From the NCBI GenBank assembly GCA_035547875.1, contig DASZTX010000031.1, forward strand, positions 55,853 to 119,852: a stretch of DNA of 64,000 bases, written 5' to 3'. Source of the stretch: Mucilaginibacter sp. GTDB taxonomy: Bacteria > Bacteroidota > Bacteroidia > Sphingobacteriales > Sphingobacteriaceae. The translations under genes were made by a program, and so were the position numbers. Of the stretch, positions 8,511 through 18,778 are shown one piece after another. The notes below the pieces were generated by a model. It was not told where the DNA came from. It made no database searches and saw only the letters and a list, made by a program, of their open reading frames with translations. Position 1 is the first letter of the stretch. Every line of letters starts with the position of its first letter.

Positions 8511-9496
8511 TATTTTTTATTGTAATAGGTAAAGTCCTTGTGTCGTATTTCCTTTTCAGGTAATGATTTAAAATAATCCAGCGTGATCTTCAAGCCTTCG
8601 CCTCTTGAAACTTTTGGCGACCAGCCCAGGATGCTTTTGGCTTTGGTGATATCCGGACGGCGCTGTTTCGGATCGTCAGTCGGCAACGGCAGACTGATCA
8701 GCTTCTGATCGGTTCCGGTCAGCTTGATAATCTCCTCGCCAAATTCCCGTATGGTTATTTCGTCAGGATTGCCGATATTCATTGGTTGCGCATAGTCGCT
8801 GAACAGTAAACGGTATATGCCTTCTACCAGGTCGGCTACGTAACAGAACGAACGTGTCTGCGATCCGTCGCCAAATATCGTCAGCGGCTCACCTCGTAAC
8901 GCCTGACCGATAAAGGCTGGCAAAACGCGGCCGTCGTTCAGCCGCATACGTGGCCCGTAGGTGTTGAATATGCGCACAATACGGGTTTCCAAACCGTGAA
9001 AGGTATGATAAGCCATCGTGATGGCTTCCTGAAAGCGCTTGGCTTCGTCATAAACTCCCCGAGGCCCTACCGGATTTACATTGCCCCAGTATTCTTCAGG
9101 CTGCGGATTTACGCTCGGATCACCGTAAACTTCGGAGGTTGAGGCGATCAGCATTCTTGCTTTTTTTGCGCGGGCAAGACCGAGTAAATTATGCGTACCT
9201 AATGAGCCAACCTTGAGTGTCTGGATCGGAATTTTTAGATAATCAATCGGGCTTGCAGGTGATGCAAAATGAAGGATATAATGCAGTTCTCCGGGTACAT
9301 GAACAAACTTGGAAACATCGTGATTGTAAAACTCGAAATTTTCAAGCTTAAATAAATGCTCGATATTCCGCAGGTCGCCAGTGATCAGGTTATCCATGCC
9401 GATCACGTGATAATCTTCAGCGATAAACCTGTCGCAGAGATGCGAACCTAAAAAACCCGCTGCGCCGGTAATGAGTATCTTTTTGCGTGCTGCCAT
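8510..9496 (-). CDS. uxs: UDP-glucuronate decarboxylase (UDP-xylose synthase)
   Basis: 328 aa. It has [18 protein letters not shown] and [10 protein letters not shown] motifs. It lies directly downstream of ugd with a TGATG overlap. Confidence 0.85.
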   Translation of the reverse strand: MAARKKILITGAAGFLGSHLCDRFIAEDYHVIGMDNLITGDLRNIEHLFKLENFEFYNHDVSKFVHVPGELHYILHFASPASPIDYLKIPIQTLKVGSLGTHNLLGLARAKKARMLIASTSEVYGDPSVNPQPEEYWGNVNPVGPRGVYDEAKRFQEAITMAYHTFHGLETRIVRIFNTYGPRMRLNDGRVLPAFIGQALRGEPLTIFGDGSQTRSFCYVADLVEGIYRLLFSDYAQPMNIGNPDEITIREFGEEIIKLTGTDQKLISLPLPTDDPKQRRPDITKAKSILGWSPKVSRGEGLKITLDYFKSLPEKEIRHKDFTYYNKK

Positions 9497-10806
9497 CAGT
9501 CTATCAGTTTCCTTCCTATACTATTGTAATAATAGCCGCAATCCACCATTTTATTCAGATCATAAAGATTACGGCCATCAAATATTACCCTGCTTTTCAA
9601 GCGACTCTCCATCTTGTCAAACTCGGGCGTCCGGAATACCGACCACTCTGTTAAAATCAGCAACGCATCGGCGTCGTCCAAGGCCTCGTACTGATCTTCG
9701 GCATATGAGATTTTATCGCCAACAACAGCTTTTATATTACTCATCGCTTCAGGATCGAAAGCGCTGATGATCGCACCCTCTTTAAGTAAATCCTCAATGA
9801 TGTATAATGAAGGGGCTTCACGAATATCATCAGTTTCCGGTTTAAATGCCAACCCCCATATTGCAAATTTCTTTCCTTTTAAATCTCCTTTAAAATATTT
9901 TTTTACTTTTTCAACAAGCACGCGCTTCTGAATTTCATTTACTTCCATTACCGAATTCAGAATTTTAAAATCGTACTCATGTTCTTCGGCCGATTTGGCA
10001 AGTGCCTGTACGTCTTTTGGAAAACAGCTGCCGCCGTAACCGATACCCGAAAATAAAAACCGTCTCCCGATCCGCTCGTCTGCGCCGATACCGCGCCTTA
10101 CCATGTCAACATCTGCACCCACCAGTTCGCAAAGGTTGGCAATTTCGTTCATGAACGAAATTTTGGTAGCGAGGAAGGAGTTAGCGGCATATTTGGTCAA
10201 TTCAGATGAGCGCTCATCCATAAATATTATCGGATTTCCCTGACGGACATACGGTGCATACAGTTCTCCCATCAGCTTGCGCGCCCTGTCATCATTGGTG
10301 CCGACTACCACACGGTCCGGCTTCATAAAATCCTCAACTGCAACACCCTCGCGCAAAAATTCAGGGTTTGACACCACTGCAAATTCTACGCCGGTATTTG
10401 CTTTCATCACCGCGGTAACTTTATCCGCCGTTCCAACAGGTACGGTTGATTTGGTAACAATAACTTTATATTCAGTAATTAAACCTGCGATATCTTTTGC
10501 TGCGCCCAGAACGTAGCTGAGGTCCGCCGAGCCGTCTCCGCCCGGAGGGGTTGGCAGGGCAAGAAATATTATCTTTGATTCTGCAATCGCCTCGGCCAGG
10601 TTAGTAGTAAAATGCAATCGTTTCTGATGGATGTTACGGTCAAAAAGAAGTTCAAGACCAGGTTCATAGATCGGCAATTTGCCCTCCTGCATCATTTTTA
10701 CTTTCTTTTCGTTGATATCGACGCATATTACCTGATTTCCAGTGTCAGCTAAACATGTTCCGGTTACAAGGCCTACGTACCCTGTTCCTACAACAGCAAT
10801 TTTCAT
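9496..10806 (-). CDS. ugd: UDP-glucose 6-dehydrogenase
   Basis: 436 aa. It has the N-terminal [10 protein letters not shown] motif and the catalytic GGSCFPKD motif. Confidence 0.92.
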   Translation of the reverse strand: MKIAVVGTGYVGLVTGTCLADTGNQVICVDINEKKVKMMQEGKLPIYEPGLELLFDRNIHQKRLHFTTNLAEAIAESKIIFLALPTPPGGDGSADLSYVLGAAKDIAGLITEYKVIVTKSTVPVGTADKVTAVMKANTGVEFAVVSNPEFLREGVAVEDFMKPDRVVVGTNDDRARKLMGELYAPYVRQGNPIIFMDERSSELTKYAANSFLATKISFMNEIANLCELVGADVDMVRRGIGADERIGRRFLFSGIGYGGSCFPKDVQALAKSAEEHEYDFKILNSVMEVNEIQKRVLVEKVKKYFKGDLKGKKFAIWGLAFKPETDDIREAPSLYIIEDLLKEGAIISAFDPEAMSNIKAVVGDKISYAEDQYEALDDADALLILTEWSVFRTPEFDKMESRLKSRVIFDGRNLYDLNKMVDCGYYYNSIGRKLID

Positions 10807-10867
10807 AAATAAAGATTTTTTTTGTGATTACATTTACCCCCGCGAAGATAACAATTCAAAATTTAAT

Positions 10868-12094
10868 ATGCTCGCAATATATAACCTCGGTATATTTATA
10901 TATTCCATATTAATATACCTTGCATCGTTTTTCAGCGCAAAGGCAAAACTATGGCGGACAGGCCGGAAGCATCAAACTTTTATACGGTCACCGGGAGGTA
11001 TTTGGTTTCATTTTGCCTCACTTGGTGAATTTGAGCAGGGGAGGCCGGTGCTGGAACATTTCAGGGAATTTTACCCGGAAAGAAAAATCTGCATTACTTT
11101 CTTTTCGCCATCGGGATACGAGATCCGCAAAAACACACCGTTAGCCGATGTTGTGTACTACCTGCCGCTCGATACCGCTTCCAATGCCCGTAATTTTATC
11201 AGTACCATTCAACCGGGCATGGCGATCTTTACCAAATACGAATATTGGTACCATTTTTTTAACGAGACTCGGCGCAGCGGTGTTCCGCTGTATGTTATTT
11301 CGGCTATTTTCAGACCGGAACAAATCTTCTTTAAGTGGTACGGAGGTTTGCACCGCAGAATTTTAAGCTTCGTCACTTATTTTTTTGTGCAGGATGAGCG
11401 GTCGAAGCAATTACTTAGCGGGATAAATATAGACAACGCTGTTGTGAGCGGAGATACGCGCTTTGACAGGGTATGGGCAAACGCCCTGAGCCCACGACAA
11501 ATTCCGGCGGTCGCAGATTTCGCCGGTAATAGCAAAATACTGGTTGCGGGAAGCACCTGGCCTCCTGACGAGGACCTGATCGCGACACTTGCGGCGCAAT
11601 ATCCAACCTGGAAATTTATTATTGCGCCACATGAAATAAATGAATCTAAAATAAACCGCCTCTTGGGGTTATTACCCCAAAATGCCGCCATCAGGTTTTC
11701 GAATATCACATCTGCTCAAAGTATTCATGATTATCATATATTGATCATCGACAATATCGGGATGCTGTCAGCATTATATCAGTATGGTGACATCGCTTAC
11801 ATTGGCGGCGGCTTTGGTGCAGGTATTCATAACACCCTTGAGGCTGCTGCATTCGGCCTGCCGGTAATTTTCGGACCGAATTATGCCAAATTCAGGGAAG
11901 CCCGCGACCTGATCGACCTGAAGGCCGGGTTTAGCATTCAGGACCGGTCAGGGCTGAATGAGGTAATAGATCGTCTTGTAAACGATCCGCAGTTTTATGA
12001 TGATGCCTGCAAACAAGCTTTCAATTACGTTAAGCAACATACCGGAGCTACCGGGATCATCGCTACGCGGATCCTCCAAAAGGATGATCTGTAA
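10868..12094 (+). CDS. waaA: 3-deoxy-D-manno-octulosonic acid (Kdo) transferase
   Basis: The N-terminal membrane anchor MLAIYNLGIFIYSILIYL is followed by WFHFASLGEFEQGRPVLE, which matches the KdtA glycosyltransferase N-domain signature. The ATG at 10868 is preferred because the track start at 10742 overlaps ugd on the other strand. Confidence 0.85.
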   Translation: MLAIYNLGIFIYSILIYLASFFSAKAKLWRTGRKHQTFIRSPGGIWFHFASLGEFEQGRPVLEHFREFYPERKICITFFSPSGYEIRKNTPLADVVYYLPLDTASNARNFISTIQPGMAIFTKYEYWYHFFNETRRSGVPLYVISAIFRPEQIFFKWYGGLHRRILSFVTYFFVQDERSKQLLSGINIDNAVVSGDTRFDRVWANALSPRQIPAVADFAGNSKILVAGSTWPPDEDLIATLAAQYPTWKFIIAPHEINESKINRLLGLLPQNAAIRFSNITSAQSIHDYHILIIDNIGMLSALYQYGDIAYIGGGFGAGIHNTLEAAAFGLPVIFGPNYAKFREARDLIDLKAGFSIQDRSGLNEVIDRLVNDPQFYDDACKQAFNYVKQHTGATGIIATRILQKDDL

Positions 12095-12159
12095 CGCTGC
12101 CATGCCATCATGGGCATCATGCCCATCAGTGGGATTGAATTTAAGCTACCGGATTCGGA

Positions 12160-13158
12160 CTAATATTCCAGCCATTTATTGAGTTTCAAATTCAGCCTTG
12201 TTCCTTCCGGATATTTACCCCCCTGTTCATTCAGCACACGGATAATAACTCCGTTGTTCTCCATAATAACATCTTCATAATATCCCTTAAACAGCACCTG
12301 TTTTACTACCCAGTCGTTGTTGGTCCAGGTTTTAACCGGTTCAATCCATTCGGGATAGATCACCACGTGCCCGCACTCTGTTTTCAGGCCGCAGATTAGC
12401 GCCTCGGCATTCGTCAGTACGGTGCAGTTGGTAAGTAATCGGGCAGTGTAAAGATGTTTGGGGGCCTGGTAAACACTCTTTGGGGTGCCCGTTTCGAGGA
12501 TTGTTCCCCCTTTCAGAACAATCAGTTCATCTGCCATGGACAGCACTTCAGCCGGATCGTGAGAAACGATGATAACCGTCAGTCCGGTTTCTTTAACAAT
12601 GTTACGGATGTCTTGTTGCAGGCCCTCGCGGAAAGACGTATCAACCTGATTAAAGGGTTCATCGAGCAGCAGTACGTCAGGCGCAGTGATGAGGGCACGT
12701 CCTATAGCAACGCGTTGCTTTTCGCCGCCGCTAAGTTCTACTATTTTTTTTTGTGCAATCGCGGTAAGCTTTAGCTGCTCCAGCACATGTTCAGTTTTTT
12801 GATGCCGGGCTTTGAGATCAGTGCTGGAAAGCATAATGGCTATATTATCCCAGACCTTTGCAAACAGATTCAGATCGTCTGTTTGCTGCGTAACCATTTT
12901 CATGGCATCGTGGCCGGGAATCAGCTTTTCTTCGGGCCCCCAGATACGCTCCCCGCGAAAGCGAACGCTACCCTCATCAGGTGACAATAAGCCGTAAAGC
13001 AGTTTTAACAGCGTACTTTTGCCGCTGCCGCTCTCTCCGATAATGGCAGTTATCCGTCCGGGGACAATGCTAAGACAGATATTATTTACACCGGAATTTA
13101 CCGTTCCGGGATAACCTTTGCTAACCGAAACGGCTTCTAAAAAAGGAATTTCTGCCAT
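12160..13158 (-). CDS. ABC transporter ATP-binding protein (orphan; C-terminal TOBE-like extension)
   Basis: It has Walker A GESGSGKST, signature LSGGEKQR and Walker B LLLDEP. The start is taken at MAEIPFLEAV (13158); the alternative ATG at 13185 is possible. Confidence 0.8.
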   Translation of the reverse strand: MAEIPFLEAVSVSKGYPGTVNSGVNNICLSIVPGRITAIIGESGSGKSTLLKLLYGLLSPDEGSVRFRGERIWGPEEKLIPGHDAMKMVTQQTDDLNLFAKVWDNIAIMLSSTDLKARHQKTEHVLEQLKLTAIAQKKIVELSGGEKQRVAIGRALITAPDVLLLDEPFNQVDTSFREGLQQDIRNIVKETGLTVIIVSHDPAEVLSMADELIVLKGGTILETGTPKSVYQAPKHLYTARLLTNCTVLTNAEALICGLKTECGHVVIYPEWIEPVKTWTNNDWVVKQVLFKGYYEDVIMENNGVIIRVLNEQGGKYPEGTRLNLKLNKWLEY

Positions 13159-13247
13159 TGGCTGTAAAGATACAACATGTTGCAACGCCGCGATATTAAA
13201 ATCACCAGACTGTACAGGACAGCCGGCTATCTGCCCGTTTTTGCTAA

Positions 13248-14396
13248 TTAATGGATGCCGTTAAACAGCCTGCTCCAGCGGATTTTGCTAAAGAACGATG
13301 CATTTTCATCCCAGCTCATCCAGATAAACAGCGCTTTTCCGACGATGTGATCTTCCGGAACAAAGCCCCAGAAACGTGAGTCATCCGAATCATGCCGATT
13401 ATCGCCCATCATCCAGTAGTAGTCCATTTTAAAGGTGTAAGTGTCGGTCTTTTTTCCGTTGATATAGATGTCACCACCCTTTACCTGCAGCTTGTTGTTT
13501 TCATAAACATTTATGCACCGCTCATAAATGGGGTAAGTCATGCTGTCGAGTTTAACCGTCCAGCCTTTTTTAGGTATGATGATCGGGCCGTAATTATCCA
13601 CGCTCCAACCGTAATCCGGTTGATGGCCATTCAGCATCAGTTCGGGCGGGCCAACGGGGTGCCCCGGGTTGGTCGGGTAAACGGGTTCGTGTGTGCCGTC
13701 CTTTCCTTTCGGATATATAACCATCTTAAGGTCTTTGATATTGGAGTAACCCTGCAATACCTTGGCGGAGGCTACGGTCATTGCCGGATAGGTATGACCT
13801 TCATAAAGCGTTATATTCAAGTCCTTTGAAATCTGCGGATTAAGATCGATACCATTGGTTCCGTAACTGTATTCCATCTGTTCACCGGCAGGGTCAGGCG
13901 CTATTTTTCCGTTCACAAATACCTGTCCGTCCACCACGCTCAACGTATCACCCGGCGTACCCTGGCATCTTTTTATAAAGTTTTCCCGCTTGTCAACCGG
14001 TCGGTACAAGGGAGAATCTGCATCCATCGGGTAGTTGAATACGACCACATCTCCCTTTTTAACATCGCTTAGCCCCGGTAAACGATAATAGGGCAATTTA
14101 ATGCCGTCCCAGTAAGCTTTGGTATTGATAATGGGCATGGTGTGGTGCGCAAACGGGAAAGCAATTGGCGTCATGGGTGTACGAGCGCCATAATTTACCT
14201 TGCTTACAAATAAAAAATCGCCGACAAGCAGCGTGCGTTCCATCGAGGGGGTTGGTATAACGTATGCTTCTATAAAAAACGTACGGATGAGGGTTGCTGC
14301 GATAACGGCAAAAACGATAGCGTCTGTCCACTCACGGAATGTGCTCTTCTTTTTTTTAGGGGTCTTTTTCTTTTTACTCCAGAATTTCCAGTTCAT
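13248..14396 (-). CDS. lepB: Signal peptidase I
   Basis: 382 aa. It has the S26 catalytic Ser box PSMERTL and the GDNRHDSDDSRFWG box. The N-terminus is Lys-rich ahead of the TM anchor. Confidence 0.9.
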   Translation of the reverse strand: MNWKFWSKKKKTPKKKKSTFREWTDAIVFAVIAATLIRTFFIEAYVIPTPSMERTLLVGDFLFVSKVNYGARTPMTPIAFPFAHHTMPIINTKAYWDGIKLPYYRLPGLSDVKKGDVVVFNYPMDADSPLYRPVDKRENFIKRCQGTPGDTLSVVDGQVFVNGKIAPDPAGEQMEYSYGTNGIDLNPQISKDLNITLYEGHTYPAMTVASAKVLQGYSNIKDLKMVIYPKGKDGTHEPVYPTNPGHPVGPPELMLNGHQPDYGWSVDNYGPIIIPKKGWTVKLDSMTYPIYERCINVYENNKLQVKGGDIYINGKKTDTYTFKMDYYWMMGDNRHDSDDSRFWGFVPEDHIVGKALFIWMSWDENASFFSKIRWSRLFNGIH

Positions 14397-14480
14397 GTTT
14401 ACAATATTGGGAATTTATTCCGAAAAACAAGCGTGCCTGTATGTAGTCATCATAAATTTAACGGCAGCTTATTTCTACTT

Positions 14481-15236
14481 TTATTTTAAATCAAAATCAA
14501 ACATCTGTTCTACCGAATAAAAGCCCTGCTTGTCTTTAATCCACTCGGCTGCCAGCACGGCACCCAGCGCAAAGCCGCTGCGGTTGTGTGCCGTATGTTT
14601 AAATTCGATAGAATCAACCTCCGAGTCGTAAATAACGGTATGGGTGCCCGGCACACTGTCGATCCTGAATGACTCGATCAGCAGGTCGTCGCTTTTTACA
14701 TTACCCGGTTCATTTTCACCACCGTCTTCGCTCAGTATGTTCACCCATTGCTTTTTAGGTTTAAAATTTTCAATTATGCCGTCAGCAATAGTAATGGCCG
14801 TGCCACTTGGTGCATCAAGTTTCTGGGTATGATGTATTTCTTCTACCTGTACATCGTAGTATGGGTAGCCATTCATCAGCTTTGCGAGCATCTTATTGAC
14901 GTGGAAGAAAATGTTTACGCCTACACTGAAATTTGAGGCGTAGATCATCGCTGTCGTGCTTTGTTCATATTGGGCTTTCAGTTCGGGCAAACTGCCATAC
15001 CAGCCGGTAGTTCCCACTACTATGGGGATGCCCGCGTTCATACAGTGTTGTATATTATCCAGCACGGTACCGGGCGTGCTGAACTCAATGGCGACATCGG
15101 CCATCTGAAGGTTTTCTGCTGTCAATTCGGCCTGATTATCCTGATCTACGATCAGTACGATCTCATGCCTGCGGTCAAGGGCTATCTTTTCTATCATTTT
15201 GCCCATTTTGCCGTATCCTAATAATGCGATCTTCAT
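14481..15236 (-). CDS. dapB: 4-hydroxy-tetrahydrodipicolinate reductase
   Basis: 251 aa. It has the LGYGKMGK dinucleotide fold and the EEIHHTQKLDAPSGTA signature. Confidence 0.9.
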   Translation of the reverse strand: MKIALLGYGKMGKMIEKIALDRRHEIVLIVDQDNQAELTAENLQMADVAIEFSTPGTVLDNIQHCMNAGIPIVVGTTGWYGSLPELKAQYEQSTTAMIYASNFSVGVNIFFHVNKMLAKLMNGYPYYDVQVEEIHHTQKLDAPSGTAITIADGIIENFKPKKQWVNILSEDGGENEPGNVKSDDLLIESFRIDSVPGTHTVIYDSEVDSIEFKHTAHNRSGFALGAVLAAEWIKDKQGFYSVEQMFDFDLK

Positions 15237-15349
15237 TTTCCGGGTTATCAGTTTTTATGTACGGATTTTATTGATCTACATGAATTTATCCGGGGCTTTC
15301 CGGCAAAATCGCATCTTATCATTTCGTACAATCGGAGCATCGTAATTGT

Positions 15350-16039
15350 TTAAAGCGTAAAGGTAATTTTTATTCCCGGACTAATGGAAGAAGAAAGTGT
15401 TCCGGCATATACCGGCTGATTCATCAGGCTTGGGGTCACCCTCATCGAAAAGTTACTGTCAATACTATAGCTGTGGATAAATTTGGCATCGATGTAAGCG
15501 TCAATGGCATTGATGCCCCAAAAGAGTACTGTTCCGATGATACACAGGTCCCGGTCGCGTCTCAGTCCATCCTTCTGGTCATAGATCGACTGATCCGGAT
15601 ATCGCGAGTATAAATTATATTCTTCATAATATGGATCGCCCGGGTTGGGTTTTATCGACTTGTTACGATATTTAGCAATCTGCAGAAATATTTTATAATT
15701 GGTAGCATTATAAACGATGGCTACGCCAAGCGAACCGAGCACGCCGTAAATGATCGGCACTTTCCATATCTTATGGTTATATACCTGCCCCCAGCCCGGA
15801 ATAATAAGCGAGCGTATGACGGCTTTGTGTGGGCTATGTGTCGTGTCCGGATGATAAATGCGTTCCTTGTGTACTACCCTGGGCCGGTTGGAGCGGATCA
15901 CGTCAGTATCCTGCCTGGAAGCCTTCAGCGTGTCCATTTTGTTTTTTACCGCATTTCGTGATGTGGTGTCAGGGTCCTGCGCCCTGGCGGCAAAATCAAA
16001 TGCAGCAACAAAAAAGACAGCAAGCAGGTATTTGTACAT
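15350..16039 (-). CDS. DUF5683 domain-containing protein
   Basis: 229 aa. A signal peptide is followed by the SLIIPGWGQVYN motif. From memory, its position immediately downstream of parB is the conserved Bacteroidota arrangement. Confidence 0.6.
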   Translation of the reverse strand: MYKYLLAVFFVAAFDFAARAQDPDTTSRNAVKNKMDTLKASRQDTDVIRSNRPRVVHKERIYHPDTTHSPHKAVIRSLIIPGWGQVYNHKIWKVPIIYGVLGSLGVAIVYNATNYKIFLQIAKYRNKSIKPNPGDPYYEEYNLYSRYPDQSIYDQKDGLRRDRDLCIIGTVLFWGINAIDAYIDAKFIHSYSIDSNFSMRVTPSLMNQPVYAGTLSSSISPGIKITFTL

Positions 16040-16054
16040 CAGTTGTATGAAAGA

Positions 16055-16966
16055 TTACCACTCCATTATTTCGAGGATGCGGTTAAGATCGCTTTCCGAT
16101 AAAAAAGGGATCTCAATAGTTCCGCGCCCCTGGCTGCCAATCTTCAGTTTTACACGCGTGCTGAATTTTGAGGCCAGGTCATCCTGTATTTTCTGAACCT
16201 GGAATGATATGGGCTCGGGCTTCTTGCCTTCCTTTCTTTCAGGCGCCCGTTGCATATCACGAACCAGTTCCTCTGCTTTACGAACGGATAAACCCTCCTC
16301 AATGATACGACGATAGACAAATAATTGTTTGGCGGGATCTTCAAAGGTAAGCAGGGCCTTTGCATGACCTACGGATATCTCGTCATCCCGCAACGCTTTT
16401 TGAATAGAAGGCGGCAGTTTTAAAAGCCGAAGATAGTTGGTTACGGTTGACCGGTTCTTGCTCACGCGTTCGCCAAGCTCTTCCTGTCTAAGATGGCATT
16501 CTTCGATCATCCGCTGAAAGCTCAGCGCTACCTCGATCGAATTCAGGTTTTCACGCTGGATATTCTCGATCAGCGCCATTTCCAGCATCTGCTGGTCGTT
16601 TGCCGAACGGATGTACGCAGGTATTTTTGTCAGTCCGGCGATCTTTGAGGCCCTGAACCTCCGCTCGCCCGAGATCAGCTGATAGCTGCTGGCATTCAGG
16701 CGGCGTATGGTAATGGGTTGTATCAGGCCCTGAAGCTTGATCGAGTCAGCCAGTTCGTACAGGGCGTTCTCGTCAAAGTCCGCCCGCGGCTGAAAAGGAT
16801 TGACCTCTATCTCTGACAGATTTATTTCAACTATGGTTCCAAGGCCGCTCGCGTCAGCACGCGACACCACGTCCGGTTGGCTATTCTGACTCTGGTTTAC
16901 ATTTTCAGAATCATTCAGCAATGCGCTTAATCCTCTTCCTAATGCTTTTCTCTTTTCTGCACTCAT
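16055..16966 (-). CDS. parB: ParB/Spo0J chromosome-partitioning protein
   Basis: 303 aa. It has the LISGERRFRASK (GERRxRA) box and an HTH (RSTVTNYLRLLKL). Confidence 0.92.
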   Translation of the reverse strand: MSAEKRKALGRGLSALLNDSENVNQSQNSQPDVVSRADASGLGTIVEINLSEIEVNPFQPRADFDENALYELADSIKLQGLIQPITIRRLNASSYQLISGERRFRASKIAGLTKIPAYIRSANDQQMLEMALIENIQRENLNSIEVALSFQRMIEECHLRQEELGERVSKNRSTVTNYLRLLKLPPSIQKALRDDEISVGHAKALLTFEDPAKQLFVYRRIIEEGLSVRKAEELVRDMQRAPERKEGKKPEPISFQVQKIQDDLASKFSTRVKLKIGSQGRGTIEIPFLSESDLNRILEIMEW

Positions 16967-16975
16967 TCTTTATAA

Positions 16976-17779
16976 CTAAACTATTGCTGAAGTTGCGGCG
17001 GTCTCCTCCCGGACCAGGCCGTTATTACGTAATATTTCGCGGGCCAGGTTAAGATAGTTTATCGCTCCCTTACTCGTGGCATCATGCATAATTACCGAAA
17101 CGCCAAAGCTTGGCGCCTCGCTCAGGCGCGTATTGCGTTGTATAATGGTATCAAACACCATGTCTTCAAAATGGCTCCGCACTTCTTCAACCACTTGGTT
17201 CGACAAGCGCAGCCTTACATCATACATGGTTAACAATATCCCTTCAATCTCCAGTGCCGGATTTAGTCTTGACTGGACGATCTTGATCGTGTTCAACAGC
17301 TTGCCTAAACCTTCCAGCGCGAAGTACTCGCACTGTACCGGAATGATCACAGAGTCGGCTGCCGTCAGCGCGTTGATGGTGATCAGACCTAATGATGGCG
17401 AACAGTCAATGATGATAAAGTCGTAATCCTTTTTCACACTGTTAAGCACCGCCTTCATTTTATACTCACGGTCGGCCAGGTTGATCATTTCAATCTCTGC
17501 ACCCACCAGGTCAATGTGTGCGGGGAGCAGGTCAAGATTTGGGGTCTCGGTCTTCTGAATGGCTTCGCGCGGGTCCACCTGGTTAATGATACATTCGTAT
17601 ATGCTGTTCTTTATATTACGCGGATCAAACCCAATACCTGAAGTTGAATTAGCCTGCGGATCTGCATCCACCAACAACGTCCTAAATTCCAGCACAGCTA
17701 AACTTGCGGCCAGGTTAATGGATGACGTCGTTTTACCGACACCGCCCTTTTGATTGGCCAGGGCTATAATTTTACTCAT
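16976..17779 (-). CDS. parA: ParA/Soj family ATPase
   Basis: 267 aa. It has the deviant Walker A NQKGGVGKTT and a DCSPSLG motif. Confidence 0.92.
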   Translation of the reverse strand: MSKIIALANQKGGVGKTTSSINLAASLAVLEFRTLLVDADPQANSTSGIGFDPRNIKNSIYECIINQVDPREAIQKTETPNLDLLPAHIDLVGAEIEMINLADREYKMKAVLNSVKKDYDFIIIDCSPSLGLITINALTAADSVIIPVQCEYFALEGLGKLLNTIKIVQSRLNPALEIEGILLTMYDVRLRLSNQVVEEVRSHFEDMVFDTIIQRNTRLSEAPSFGVSVIMHDATSKGAINYLNLAREILRNNGLVREETAATSAIV

Positions 17780-18090
17780 TTTATATGTTTAAAATTTTAT
17801 AAATGGGTTTTATGCAGCAAACGGTTTTTCAGGAACGATACGTATATTTCCCCAAAGTTTTATGCGCGATAAAGATACGCATTTAAACCATTCCAAATTC
17901 CACAGGTTTTGGCAATTTACAAACAGTTTAGCGGAATGCAAAAGCCACAGGCGCAAGTAATTTAAATGTAAATTACCCCGGGATAACAGCGTCTGCAGAC
18001 TGCCGGACAGATAACTTTTGTAACAACCTTACATCATTTATAATCTAAATAACGTAATTTCACATAACAATTTCCTAAAGCAGAAAAAAC

Positions 18091-18669
18091 ATGAAAAACT
18101 TATTAATAGTATTGGGCGTAATTATTTTGATATGCCTGGTCGGTTCATGCAGCTATAACGGCATGGTGTCGAAAGATGAGAACGTTAAGGCTAAATGGGC
18201 GGCGGTACAATCTGATTATCAACGACGGAGCGACCTGATCCCGAACCTTGTGGCCACGGTAAAAGGAGTAGCCAATTTCGAAAAAAGCACGCTGGTAGAA
18301 GTTACCGAGGCTCGTGCAAAGGCAACCAGCATTCAGGTTGACCCTGATAAGCTTAACCCCGAAAGCATACAGAAATATCAGGCTGCGCAGGGACAGTTAA
18401 GCACCGCCCTTGGACGGCTGCTCGTTGCGTCAGAAAACTACCCGAATTTAAAGGCGAACGAAAATTTCTCCGCGTTGCAGGTTCAGCTGGAAGGCACCGA
18501 AAACCGGATAAATGTTTCGCGCCGCGACTTTAATACCGCCGTTCAGGAGTATAACACCGCGATACGCTCGTTCCCGGCTGTGATCACTGCCAAGATATTC
18601 GGATTTGATCCGAAAACCGGGTTCGCAGCGGATGCCGACGCTCAAAAAGCGCCTAAAGTTTCATTTTAA
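18091..18669 (+). CDS. lemA: LemA family protein
   Basis: 192 aa. An N-terminal anchor is followed by LemA blocks (WAAVQSDYQRRSDLIPNLV, YPNLKANENF, RRDFNTAVQEYN). Confidence 0.88.
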   Translation: MKNLLIVLGVIILICLVGSCSYNGMVSKDENVKAKWAAVQSDYQRRSDLIPNLVATVKGVANFEKSTLVEVTEARAKATSIQVDPDKLNPESIQKYQAAQGQLSTALGRLLVASENYPNLKANENFSALQVQLEGTENRINVSRRDFNTAVQEYNTAIRSFPAVITAKIFGFDPKTGFAADADAQKAPKVSF

Positions 18670-18691
18670 TATCCCGGGGATTAATTAATAT

Positions 18692-18740
18692 CCACCGGCG
18701 TGTGGCTGAAATCAGCTTTCGCGCCGGTGGAATTTTTCTT
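18692..18740 (+). terminator. Hairpin plus T-run between lemA and the TPM genes
   Basis: A perfect 9-bp stem CCACCGGCG (18692-18700) pairs with CGCCGGTGG (18722-18730). An inner GCTGA/TCAGC pairing lies within the loop, and the hairpin is followed by AATTTTTCTT. Confidence 0.5.
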
Positions 18741-18778
18741 AAAAAGGGATTGATCTATAATCAGTAATTTTAAAAATT

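Noticed and set aside
10742-10867. N-terminal extension of the Kdo transferase ORF proposed by the track
   Set aside because: It would overlap the 5' end of ugd on the opposite strand. It encodes a non-homologous peptide ahead of the membrane anchor that normally begins KdtA. The ATG at 10868 is preferred.
12110-12126. Palindrome ATGGGCAT-C-ATGCCCAT between convergent waaA and the ABC ATPase gene, considered as a terminator
   Set aside because: The stem is only about 7 bp with a 3-nt loop, and there is no T-run on either strand. It may still be a weak structure, but I cannot support a terminator call.
15237-15349. Possible lysine riboswitch upstream of dapB
   Set aside because: The 113-nt spacer is too short for an L-box, and I could not draw a conserved helical junction.
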